Shown piece by piece: positions 21,031 through 33,900 of a stretch of DNA of 64,000 nt. How positions within the stretch are numbered: position 1 is the stretch's first letter; the number at the start of each line of letters is the position of its first letter. The notes below the pieces were generated by a model, which worked only from the letters and a program-made list of their open reading frames with translations, made no database searches and was not told where the DNA came from. Origin of the DNA: Lingula anatina (Eukaryota > Animalia > Brachiopoda); the NCBI GenBank assembly GCA_051362555.1, contig CM120641.1:1550001-1614000 (forward strand). The letters run 5' to 3'. Both the position numbers and the translations under genes were made by a program.

Positions 21031-21639
21031 AGGGAATATTCAGTTTGTGCATTGTTTCACATTATCACTTAAGACAAATGGTTTGCCATTGATGTGCTTT
21101 TAGACAAATTAGATTATAATACAAGGCACAGCGGCACACACTGTTGCTTATCAGCATCTCTGTGTCCATCAATGGAATCACTAGAACCTGTATCAATTAA
21201 GTGCAGTTGAAGTGATCAAAACTTCTATGGTATTAAAAGTTGGTGTTCAAGTGTTACAAATGGTTCCAAACAATTACATTTTTCTAAGTAATTATTCACT
21301 GGTAAGAAGCAAGAATATTAAGGTGGGTATATTATGATGATGCATTATCTTACACATTCATTGAGATTATATTTTACATTTTGTTTCATTTATTATAAGT
21401 TGAAAGGGAACCTATATAATTATGTCAGAGTCAGGGCCTGATAACAGCTAGAGTGTGGGACCTGTGCAGTATGCAATGTGCTAAAGATGCATTCAAACCC
21501 AACCAAACACCACCATATAGTTTCAAATAGAAACGCGGAAAGGACACTGTCCAGTGTAATGGGGGCTTTAAGCTGAGGGTGCAAGGTGTTCAAACGTGTT
21601 AATTGTACAAAAGTAACTTATCTATAGAACCATTATTGT

Positions 21640-21806
21640 CAGGGGGGATTTAGGCCGTCTTCTGGGTCTTCCAGATGACGGTCAGATTTTCAAGTCTACA
21701 TTGATAGGTATCTAATTTTTTCTGTTGGAAGAGGGTCTAAATTGGAGGATGGATCAGCAAAGATAATTTGGAAGACTGTCAGAAAATAGCTCTGGATCCG
21801 CCCCAG
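21640..21806. mobile_element. ~167-bp MITE, same subfamily as 34656-34823 and 51623-51790
   Basis: Closely matches the reverse complement of 34656-34823. Flanked by ATTGT on both sides. Confidence 0.85.
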
Positions 21807-23297
21807 ATTGTTGTTTTCCTCAAGATAAATCTGGCATACAGAGATTTATAAAGACAATATATAGTGCTAAATGAACCCAAATTAAAAAAAAAATGACCTG
21901 GTAAACATAATTGAACACAGTGACTTTGATGAGAAAATGAGCAGAAGCTGATATTGGAGCAAATGTGGGAAATACTTGGAAGGGAAATCGTAAATCATTT
22001 CACACATTATTCTTCCCTGTTCTTAATTGTTACATTTGCACTGATGAGGCTTTTCTGACTTTTGTTGAAATTCCGACTTTTTCAGGGTCATTTGGGTCAT
22101 TCTTGAGAATTGTGTACCCTGGAATCCAGCCAATTTTCCTACTTTTTCAGTGAGGAATGGTTTCATCCCTGCATTTGTAAGACATATTGGCCTATTACAT
22201 ATTATGTCATTAAAAAAAATTTGTCTGGATGATTTCTTTATGACCGACAAAGATTTCCTTGAATTTAGGAGGGGCTAGTGAAATTTGTCTGACGTCTGAC
22301 AATCCTTGAGTATAATGAAAGCTGCCTTTAATAATGCAAGAAAAGTTAATATTGTTTAAGCCTTCATATGAATTTTTTTATAATTATTGTTGAAGTTAGA
22401 GAGGCAGAGCTTAGGAGCGAAATTGTGCACGATTTCTAAAGCTAGGTGATGGCCTACTACGGAATTGTGCTTGTACCACATTAACCTGCTACCGGTCCAT
22501 TGGGAGAATTAATGACAGACACAACGAGGAGAGGAAATTAGAGGAACACCAGCTTACTGAGCACCTCCAACCTTTTCTGAATTCATCACTATCCTGCACA
22601 ATACCCCAAATGTTGCAGGTGCCTATTTGTAATTAAATATTCAATGGAATTCCATTTGATCACACGTCAGTTGTCATTTCTAATATCCTAGCAAAGACAT
22701 ACACACACACACATATATATATCCTAGCTAATGCTAGCCTTATTGTGTTTAATTTGAGGTACTTTACACCTTTGTATCAATTCATTTTCACAGAACTTGA
22801 GGGGGAAATGGGTTATGCATTAACAGCATCCAATTCAGAGAGTGATATGAGTCTTGTGTAATAATAGCTAGCATACATAATGTCATCAATGGAAGTGGTT
22901 TCTTTGTGATTTATATTCAATTCAATTCAAATTTTCCTTTAGATCCAGGCTATAAATATTTCATGCTGCTTATGCTTCTTGTTAATATTATTGGGCGAAT
23001 AAAGAAATTTTCATTTCTCAAAATAAACCTGTTACAATACCATAAGATTTTATTTAACATCATTATTATTATTATTATTCACCCTATATATGTTTGTATG
23101 GTACATTTTACTGACAATTAAATTGCTCTATCTTTTCAATGAGGAAAATTGTGAATTTTACATAAATTTTAATTTTAAGTCATTAAATATTACTTAAAAT
23201 AGAACATTCCCATTTAGTGGTAGCAACAAAATTAAAAAGCAGGCTACGCTATAGTTCAATTGTATGCAGTAAAAGCACCATACATGCAATAAAGAAG

Positions 23298-23344
<47 letters not shown>

Positions 23345-24245
23345 TGATTATAAAGTCATGGATCTGGAAGTTGACAATTTTTGCCCATTGAAAAGAGCAC
23401 CATAGTTGGGCAAAAGTAGATAGGCCTATCATCTTTCTCTGAAGCAATCATTAAGGAAAGAATATTGCTTTACACTGATACATAGTATAGGCCTATGGTG
23501 GGGAGTGATTAGCATATAATAAATCTCTAGGTTTTTTTTTTCTTGTAACATGCTGAGGAAAAGAGCTGACAAGATCTTGTTGGCCTGCATGCAGACAGAA
23601 ATTATTGAATGAATCTACTGGTACTTAATTACCATGTCTCTCAGCCTCTTTGTCTTCAGTTGTCAATAGGAAATACCAGCAGATTGAATCAACTTAGTTA
23701 TTATTTCATAAATTTACTTTGGTTTTTATACAGACATAAGCCATTTGCTTTATTTTGCTCTGGTTTGACATCGAATAAAATGTCTAAATTTCTCCATCTT
23801 AGGTCAGAATGTGAGGCATTATAGTTATTGTTATTACTAGTACAAGTTTCATAAAAAAATATAAACAGGACAGTAAAACAAGATTCAGACGGATTGTTAA
23901 TATAGCAAATGGTATCATCAATAACACTACATTATGAGCTGTTATTCAATTTACTGAATTTACCGCTATTTAATGGTGGCTAAATTCTTTTTCTGTTAAT
24001 TGATGTTTCACAAGTACTTGCATCATTTACACGTGTATATACTAATGTATTCTGCTGATGTAATTCTCTGTTCTATGGAATATATGTCAATTATAAGTAA
24101 ATGGGACACACCTAGGGATGTTAAAATATCACTTGATGCTATATTAATTTGTTTGTAATTGTCTGTTGTTTAAAATTTTATCACAATTCTATTTTCATTT
24201 AATAAATTCTAACAAGATGTTTTTCGGGAATATAAACACCATATA

Positions 24246-25090
24246 TTAGGGGACCATTCCCACAGATATTTGGATTGATCTATCTCCCTGGGGAGTCTTA
24301 CTAATACCCCGTTCACACTACAATCTGAAATATCCGAATTTTTGCAATGCGAATTACGGGTGAAAAATCCGATTCGGTTGTCTGGCCACACACAGCAAAG
24401 GGAAACCGAATCGTGCACTGAAAATTCAGGTGGAGGTTCTGGTTTGAAGAATCGCGCATGCGCAGAATCCATGAAAACAAAAATATGGCGCCAATCATTG
24501 CTATTCTCGCACTCAGTTTTTTTTCTCGTGTGTTTGTTTTTGGAACATCAAATTTAACCCAAAAGTCGTCAAAAGGAAGATTTAAGTAAGATCTGGAAGA
24601 ATTTGACGGATACAAGAAGGAGAATAGCTGGGTTTCGATGGAGGGTGTGGGTCCACTGACCTGGCATGTTGCTTTTCTTTCCCGCGAGATTTGCTACTGC
24701 ATGCGCAGTGCGATCTAAACAGGTGGCCCTTCCAGTAAAGTAACAGAATCTCTGGAGAGAATCCAGCTCGCTAGTAGGATTTTTGGAAACCGGTTTACAA
24801 AAATCCCCATGCGTTCAGACTACCACAATAATTCGAATCTTGACCTAATTCGCTATTTAACCGGTTAAATGACTGCAGTGTGAACGGGGTATAAATTGCT
24901 ATCAAACTAACCGGCTTAAACATCTGTTACGCCTAGTAAAACTGTTAGAGGGTAATTATCTTTACCCTTAGTTGATTTGGTAGGCGTGACAGACATTTAA
25001 GCCTCTTGAGCTGATAGCAATTTAACGTGAACCCCCAGGGAGTTAGGTCGATCCAGATGGATCGATCTAAGTATGGGAATCCAGTCTAAG
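24246..25090. mobile_element. Foldback (hairpin) element interrupted by a nested insertion
   Basis: With 24305-24891 removed, the left arm (ATTCCCA...CTCCCTGGGGAGTCTTACTAAATTGCTATCA...TCTGTTACGCCTA) is inverted to the right arm (TAGGCGTGACAGA...TGATAGCAATTT...CCCCAGGGGAG...TGGGAAT). Confidence 0.7.
24305..24891. mobile_element. Non-autonomous PIF/Harbinger-like DNA transposon, 587 bp
   Basis: Perfect 15-bp TIR TACCCCGTTCACACT / AGTGTGAACGGGGTA, with a TAA target duplication at 24302-24304 and 24892-24894. CpG-rich interior, no transposase. Confidence 0.85.
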
Positions 25091-27149
25091 TGACAGTGTT
25101 TGTAAGGTCAATTTTTCACTAAGCCTTTATTGCACACGACATTAAACTAGTAAAAAGCCAGAATATATTTTAATAATGTGGCACTATTTGTCATGCTAAA
25201 GATAGATTTGATCTTCGTCAGCAAGTGAGTGATTTAAAATGTGATACTGAGACAACTTAAGGGTTTTCTTGTCATATTGCTGGATTCTTTGTCAGGACAA
25301 GTTGTTTGGGAAATGTGTTTAAAAGGCATAAAGGAGCAATTTTGAATTACTGGTGTTTGCAGTGATATCGGTATGACATATATGGAATGAGTGTTATGAG
25401 GAGTATACATGTAGTATATCAATTCCTTCAATAATTGCAGTGCTGTTGTAAAATTAACATACAGATACCAGAAGAGTTGGCAAATGTGAAGATCTTTCAA
25501 CAAGTTATTTGCTGTTTTAGACATATCAAGTCAGAAGTCGTGTAAGGCTGATGTTTTCAGATGGCCTTGTCTTTTTTTTTCAAAAAAAAAGATAGATTTG
25601 ATCTTTCAAAAAAGTTGTTTTATCATCCTGGCTTGTTGTTTGCTTTGTAGATTTAATCTGGTAGGTATGTCAGATGATGAATAAAACATGCAGTTAGCAT
25701 TTGTTCTACATCGTATAATATCTGCTTCCTGCCATGATGAAGAGTTTCACAATGAGAATTATTAACTGCTCGTTATAGAGATATATAGATTTTCTTATCC
25801 TTCTAGAGGGAATTGAACCAGAAAATTTAACGATACACAAGTTTCAAGGGGAGTTTAGTTTGACTTTCTGAAATCATTTCCTTTGAATGCCTGTCTTAAT
25901 TTTGTGTGTTGGCATAAATGATTTCACACTATAGATTTCTTCAGGATATTATCATTGATTTAGTGTTGTACATTGAAGCAAATGGTTATCTAGCTGACAA
26001 ACACACACATAATAAATTGTCTTAGGAATTAGTTTAACAATGACATTTAAACCAGTTCATGGTTGCTTGATATGCAATTGACACTATTAATAGAATTTGC
26101 TTTTGCATGAAGAATTTCATTTTTCAAAATGAGTTTTGTTTTTGATACCATTTGCTTTCCTTGTTTGACAAAAAAGGCTACTTAAATTTGAACTGTTATT
26201 GCCAAATGTTTCAATCATTTCTTTATTAATTTTTACCAATTGTGGCAAAGTATAGATTTGCCAGTCAAATGCACAAAGGGACTGGTAATAGCAGTAACTT
26301 TGTCAGAGGCAGGGTGATCTTTGAGGTTAAGCAGGCTTTTATTAATTTAATTTAAGGCCAGTGATGCACATGAAAATTCAATACAGGTCTCGATGTGGCC
26401 CCAGTGTGTGCCTCTTATTTATTTAGTTTTTTTGTTGTTCGGGGAGATTGTTTCATTCTTTTAGAGAATGGTCAACAATAAAGATGTTTTAAATCGATTT
26501 TGGCCATTATCTGTAGGAATTGGTTCTTAATTGTGGTTTCTGCCAATAACACTGTGGTAACACATTGCTTGCTCTTGAGTCATTATCTTTTATGTTACAT
26601 GTATGTAACAAGAAAACAAGGCAATTTGCAGAAGATATTTTAAGTAATATGGTGCAATTTAAGAATAATCTTCAGTAATTAATTGCAATTTAAGCATAAT
26701 TGTGTTGAAAATAAATACCTAACACTGACTGTTGAAAAATTAGGAATTAAAGTCCTCCTGTAATCTAGATTCATTCCTTCTTTCATGTTGTCAGTTATTG
26801 CATGTCCCTAACTATTGTACAGTAGATACCGCTACCTGCCTAGCTTTCAAGTGATATTTACTAATCCATCAAAAGCTACATTAGAGGTCTATAAGATGAG
26901 TATGTAATTGCCAGGAAGAAAGAACCATTTTAATCTCAAATGATTCCGATATTTCACTGTGCGGTACATTAAGAGAAAGCTAACACTTGCCCATTAGAAC
27001 CAAGCAGCACCACGTTCATCTTCGCGTACATCATCACATAATGTAGATTTTATCATATGCATTTTTTGTACCATCTATTATGTTTGATTATCAGATGTGC
27101 TTGATATTAGACTAACCAACTGCTGTTTGCCATTGGTGTGTTTGTAGTA

Positions 27150-27242
27150 GACTCCCGGTAGCAGACTCAGGAAATTACACGCCATAGAGTTGCCCTCATA
27201 ACAATAGTGTGCCGAGCAGCACAGCTTCTACACAACGCAAAG
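27150..27242 (+). other. Probable non-coding first exon of the galectin-like gene
   Basis: GC-richer block ending AAAG|GTAGGT. The next acceptor (tttttactcctag|, exon starts 27902) opens directly on ATGATG. Confidence 0.5.
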
Positions 27243-27901
27243 GTAGGTTCGTAGAGGAAGTGTGCTGTATTGAGAAAAATTATTTTGTAATGTGCTGTCT
27301 CCATATGTTTTAACCAGTGAAGGCTGACGTGATATGTTTGAGTTAACTCAGGTGGAATATGTGGCAGTGCTAAGTACTTGTGTTATTAATTTATTAATAT
27401 TTATTTATTTTCGTAACAAAATTCCTGTTATATGCATTTAGTTTAGACAGAGTGAAGAGATTTTTGTCAATTTTACAAATTTTGAATTAAATAAAAGTTT
27501 GAATGCTCCTCATATATTGTGACGTCTGTCTTTTCTACACAGTTTTTGTGCTTGACAGATTTTGTCTTTGGATGTCTGATTCATGCACAAATGTAGGTCA
27601 AAAGTTTTAACATATTTTTTTATTCCTCATGAATCAATATTTAAATCAAATGACACTCACCACAAACCAAACAATTTGTGAGTACACCTGAGAAAAAATG
27701 GAAGTGAAATTGAAGGCTCAAATTTGATCACGTATTCATGTACCAGTACACTCGTACCGACCTGATGTGTGTTTCCGTTTATATCTAGGAGATATTGCTA
27801 AAGTAAGCCACTGGGTTTGTCTCAACTATGTTTTCATGTACATTTCACACCCATGAAAAAGAGTACTATTTCTCCTTTCTATGTGTATTTTTTACTCCTA
27901 G

Positions 27902-30900
27902 ATGATGCGGCAATACCCATATACAGTAGAGGTGACCAAACCACTAAGACTTGGAACTGTTGTAGAAGTACAAGGAGTTCCTATTGCCGGGGCAAATGAG
28001 TGAGTATCATCTATACAAGGCCATATGTCTCTGCAAAGAAACTGGAAGAGCAACATTCTGGCTATGCTCAATAGTTATTAAATCCCTATGTTCTTTTTTT
28101 TATGTCATGGAAAATAAGTGTAATCTATGTGTTGGGAGGGAATTCATGGAAAGAATTATTTAGCTTGTGTAATACATGTTTGGAAGACGAAGGCCAAGAT
28201 ACGTATGTATTATAGTTACTCTGTTGCTGACTGACTCCAGTGGCAGATTTAGAGGGGGGGGGGGGGGACGTCTTTGTATCCGTAGACATCCCTTCAAATA
28301 ATCCTAGATCTGCTCCTGCACGTATTATTTTGAATGCACTTTGTTCTTTTAGAGCCACATTGTTAAGGTTACCTTCCTTAATTATCAACATACTAATGGT
28401 TTGGGAGTTCCTCACCTCCTGACCTGTCGTTCTTGAAAGCTCGATTCCTCCTCCGCCTCCCCAGAGGAATACAATGGTAGGATTAATGCCCTGAGTTCAC
28501 TTTCAAGATGGCAGGTCGCATTATATACTTCCTCTAGCCTGACAGGGTTTATTGGAAATTTGAAAAGACTTGGAAGGAGGGATATTAGGGAAAAGAGAAA
28601 AAAAGAGCTTGAGTAATTATTTGATCCAGAGGAAGGAAACATTGCCAGAATGTCTTTTTTTCCCTAGATTGTGTTATGTGGCTAAGATATTTGTAGCATA
28701 TAGAATATAAAAGTTTCAGGTTTCAATGGCAACCAAATTTGAAATTAAGGGCACCTCAGTTTCATTACCATTCATGAAATAGGGCATGGCTATCCTTCAC
28801 CCCCCCCCCCCCCAAAAGGCCCACAAACCCCACCTAAATTGCCTCTCATGTTAACAATGAATATTTAAAAATATTTTTGTAGATTTGTGGTGAGCCTTTT
28901 AGTCCAGCGACCAGGGGCGAGACAGGCAGACATTGCTTTACAGATGAAACCACAGCTCAATGGGAGCACAGAGATAGGCTGTGTCTCAATAATAGCTGAC
29001 GAGCAGGACGAACAGATCAACTACTTCCCGGTCTTCCCGTTCAGTCATGATCATTCATTCTGTTTGGAAATAACAGTGAAAGAGAGTTACTTTCAGGTAG
29101 GGTGATTTTTTCCCCATTTCCATATACATGTTTAATTATGTACTAGCTCATATTCCGTTTCAGTTGGCTTTGTCTTAGGTTTTGCAGTATTTGCTGCTCT
29201 GCCTTGAAACCGGAACCACTGAATTGGTTAGTTAATGCAATTGTCATGTCTTGTTGAAGAGCACTGCATTTTTGTATGGGAACACAGGTGAAATACTTCA
29301 GTGACTAAATGCCTTATTCATCTGCCTTAATTGTACTGAAAGGAAGACCAAGTCATATATAAAAGCATAAATGCTTTAGTTAAGCAGTGGTATACCCTGT
29401 GTAAGGAGTGGAAAAATCATGCAGTCAGAACAGGGAAAAACCTCTATCATATTGTAGCTGCTGGATTTAGTTCAGATTTCACTGAAACTTGGACATAAAT
29501 AATTTGTTATTATGTCCAAGACTGAAACAACACCAAACTATAATTAATTATTTTAAACTTTAAAAAAGTTTAACAGCTGACTCCTATGTTTTTTTTTGTA
29601 TTTTGCATAAACATTTTAATACCATACAAACATTAATGTCATGTACAAAACCTGACTATTATGTCAACTAATTATATAATAAAAACAACATGAAATGATC
29701 ACCCTCCCCCCCCCAAAAAAAAATTTTTTTTCTTGAACTTTTTTTAAAATTTTGACTATTTTATAACTTTTTATAAAAGTTAATTGTTTTAAAGACATGT
29801 CAGAAAGTACATTTTATGAAGGTCTAAATTGATAAATCTTGAATTGGAATATAATAATTAGAATATATATAATAAGTGCAGCATTTCAAAAATATAATTG
29901 ATTATCACAACTTACAACAAAATCAGATTATTTTGCCGGATTATCAGGGGAGGGTTTCCTGTGTATTATAAATGCACAAGCCAATGTATCAGAAAGACAT
30001 TAGCTATATAAAGAAAGCACTACAGGTTGACGTAAAGACTGATCGAGACTGAACATTATATCTGTCTGACGTTGTCATGAAGATGGAGCTATAGTTATCT
30101 TTGAAGATTTTAAGACTTGTAGGTGAAAAGTGGTAAATGGACAATTATTCTCAGTTCTCAAAAAAAAATATATCAATCCATCCCTTGTTATTTAACTTGA
30201 GAAAAGACCTCAGAGAGCAAGGACCCTTGCCAAGACAAATAATGAACTAATATTTAACCATTAATTAATAAGTAATAAGTAGATCTGTGGCCACCAAAAT
30301 CTAATGATATGTTCCTTGGTCCACTCCTGACCTGTCCTGAAAATTTCATCAAAATCGGTTCATCACTGACAAACAAAGATAGCTGAAAACATAATCTCAT
30401 TGACAGAGGTAAGTTTGCATTCTGAAGATGTTAACCGGAAAATATGAGGTCTCCGTATTAGTACAGCTGTTAACATAACTATAAACTCTATCTAAATATC
30501 AAAAAGTCTAAAAGTTTTGTCTGTAAATGTAGTGTACCGTTAGTAATGGAGAGGCAAACACTTAAGCAAACCTTTAAGAGTCATTTAATACCCTCTTAAA
30601 CTGGAAATTGCTATGAATAATTTAGTAAGACACTATATCAAGTATTTGAACCAATATAAGTATAGCTGACTATAGCTATATATATACATACTAGTATGAG
30701 GGTAAGGTAGGTAAAATTCAGTTGCTTTAACTGGCAATTATAGGGCATTTATTTCTAACAGTAGATGCATGTAATTATATATATATATATGGAAAGTTAC
30801 CAAGCAACAGAGGATTCAGACTGACCATTTGGTGACTGCGTGACGTTCAGGTATGCGTACAGGTGAAAAGTTTACACGTAAAGACAACTTATTAAGCTTG

Positions 30901-33900
30901 AGGCTTAAAACATCTATTAAATCATGTCTGCTGGAAATTCAAAGGCACTTCTTAGCTGGTAGAAAACAGCTCTTTTTTAATACACATTTGTTGCACCAAG
31001 GATGTAATGCATTGTATTGCAAACACAAATGTAGGGTGACCTACAGTGATACAAAAGGCATTTTTTTTTTACTTGCTTCTTAAAAGTCTTTATTTTCGTA
31101 AGGCATTGGAGCAGGGGGGGAATAAAATGATTTTCAAAATAATGTCTTTTGTCACTATATAGTATTTTAAAACTTCAATTGTTTGCATTATTTTAACCTA
31201 CCTTAAATTCTCTAAAACAAAAAGGAAAACAGTCATTTCTATTCAATGAAGTGTCCTATTTGTCATAATTACATCTGATGACCTGCAACAGTCTTGTTAA
31301 TTTTAAAAATATTTCTTTTTCTCCCCTCAACTTTCAATGCATAGTGTTTGACATGGTTTACCTCATTTTTTTTTTATTTTTGCCATTTAAAATTCAGAAG
31401 GGTTAGAGAAACAAGTTGTTTTTTTAACCTGCCTATACAGTTTAAACAATGCAGTATAATGAAATTTTTATGCACACCTTCTGCTCCATTTTGGTGTGAC
31501 CCTGTATTTGCAGTTCTGTTTTGTAAAGCTGCACATGAAGTAGGTCATCGTTTTATGTTTATTTATATATATATCTATATATACGGTACGACCAGCTTAT
31601 TTTGTACACTCATTTTACTTTTCTGTTTATTATGATGTAAGGTTAATTTGATTAACATTAATTTTATTTGACAATCAACCATAAGTTGAAATGTGTAGAT
31701 ATTGATATAGATAAATTTATTAAGTACTGCATTTTGACAGAGGACAAGTAAAAAAGTCAGGTCATTAAAGTTTTAAGCATGTTTCAGAATATGTTATTGC
31801 ATGATCATCACATGAGTATTAGGACAGGAATGTTACTTGCAGATTTAGAACTGTTAATTATTATAAATCAACACACTTTATCATCAGCTTGTATCTTCAG
31901 TAATATAAACTCTAGACAAATGCACTTTTTTATTGCTGATCAAGGATGAAAAATATTTAAAGATATTTTATTTTTCTAGTTTAAAGATTATTCAGTAAGT
32001 TTTTGCTTGCATGCAAGGGTTGATAATAAATAGTTCGAGAATACTGGGTATTAGCTACAGTTACTTAATATTTAGGTGAAGGATTAATTCAAAATATGTT
32101 GTAAGTAAATTACTTAAAGCTCATTCTCAATGAAATTACCATCCTACAAACCAACTCCGATAAAAACATGCCTCCTGTTGTTTTCAACATACTCATATAA
32201 TCACCAGCTTTTGTATATTTTACTTAACGCCTGCAGGAGGGCGCATGTTTTAATCTGATTGCATTCAGCAAGAGTCCCCCTTGGAGTTAGTGAGCATTAT
32301 ATAGGTCGACAAAATTCTTCGTGATTGATAGAAAAGCTGGTTCTTTTACAATTACGGTACATTGGAAACAAAAGAAGGCGTGTTAATCTCTTAATCTGAT
32401 TACATATAGGTAGAGTTCCCGCAGGGTGTGATCAACCTACGTAGAACGACAGTTTATTGGGAATGAGGCTTTAAGATGCATTCAGATTATAAGTTATCAT
32501 TCCAGCAGGATCGATCTATATCGGCAGGGATTCTTGCTTAAGGCGCAGTTATTGTAATCAGCTTTATTGTCTGGCATGCCCCCTTGTAACTTAAAGTACT
32601 TGGATAAAGTCGGGGGAAACTTTGTGGTCCTTGATGTTCTTGTTGTTCTGTGAGGGGGCAATTGTCAGACAATTAAGCTGATTACATTGCCTGGGCCTTA
32701 GCGAGAATCCCTGCTGAGTTAGATTGATTCTGCTGAACTGATAATTTTTAATCTGAACCCAGCCTAAGATTGTCAATTCCAGATTAGTGTGGATGGGAAG
32801 CATTTAATGGACTACAGTCACCGGACACCTCCACATCACATTTCCCATGTAGTTTTGGACGGAGATGCCATTTTCCAGTCAGTAGAGTTCTTCTCAGCTG
32901 AAGAATTTCAACAGAAGTCAGATTTTAAAGCCAAGGATCTGACGTACCATGAGCGAACATTGAGTTCCGGCTATACCTCCCAATCAAGTGAGCATAACTT
33001 TGATGTAGAAAGCATGGAAGACAACTCGTTTGAGGATTCCAATTCTATTCCTCTCATAGAGCATCAGCATGGGCAGAGGTACAAAGAAAAGAGAGATGTG
33101 AATAAGTATGGTGTTGGAAATAGTGAGGAGCCTTTAAGAGACCATGTGGATTTTGAGGCACAAGTTTCACCACACAAAACTGTCTTTACTTTCAAGCCTG
33201 AAGAAAGAGATATTACTACACGATTGGTATGTAAATTAAGAATGTCACCAAAAATGTATGATATATTAAAACTGAACGACAAAATACAAGTTGTTTATGT
33301 TTAGTTTGATGGCATATAGTTAAAAAGGCAAATAAAGCAGGAAAAAATTTATATGGTTTTCAAATCAATGTGTATTGTTTGCAATATAAAACTTTCACTT
33401 AGTCGTATTTTCAGAATTCTTTTCAGATTGATTTTGAATTTGATCATTTACAACTGAAGTCATAACTTTTTACATTTAACTATAGGACTTACCCCATTTT
33501 CTTGAGATACCAGATGAGTTTGGAGTGGGACGAGTCATCTATATTGATGGAGTTGCATGGAAAGACTGCAAGTGGTAAGGATATGTATGGATTGATGAGA
33601 AAAACCTGTTTTTTTTCACTAGTTATACTGTGTGTGTGTGTGTGTGTGCGTGCGCGTGTGTGTGCGTGCGCGTGTGTGTGTGTGCGTGCGCGTGTGTGCG
33701 TGTGTTTGGAGGGGGGGGGGGGCAAAAACAGGGTACCAACAAAGCCCTAGGGAGGGTGTGTACTTAGATCCTCTTTGCAACTTTAATGGTTTACCACTGA
33801 ATAAATTAATTGATTTAAGCAGTTTGTAGAAGTAAATTGTTTTCCATAAATATGTAGAATCATTCTTGGCTTTTGTGCCAGAATTTCTCAAAGAAAACTA

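Noticed and set aside
24209-24615. ORFs of 71-100 aa
   Set aside because: They lie within or straddle the non-autonomous element; no DDE or Myb-like signature.
25983-25996. TGGTTATCTAGCTG, identical to part of miR-9
   Set aside because: The seed is not matched and there is no star arm or precursor hairpin.
33489-33891. His/Thr- and Cys/Val-rich ORFs
   Set aside because: Microsatellite translations. The true exon 33486-33574 is in a different frame from the listed ORF.
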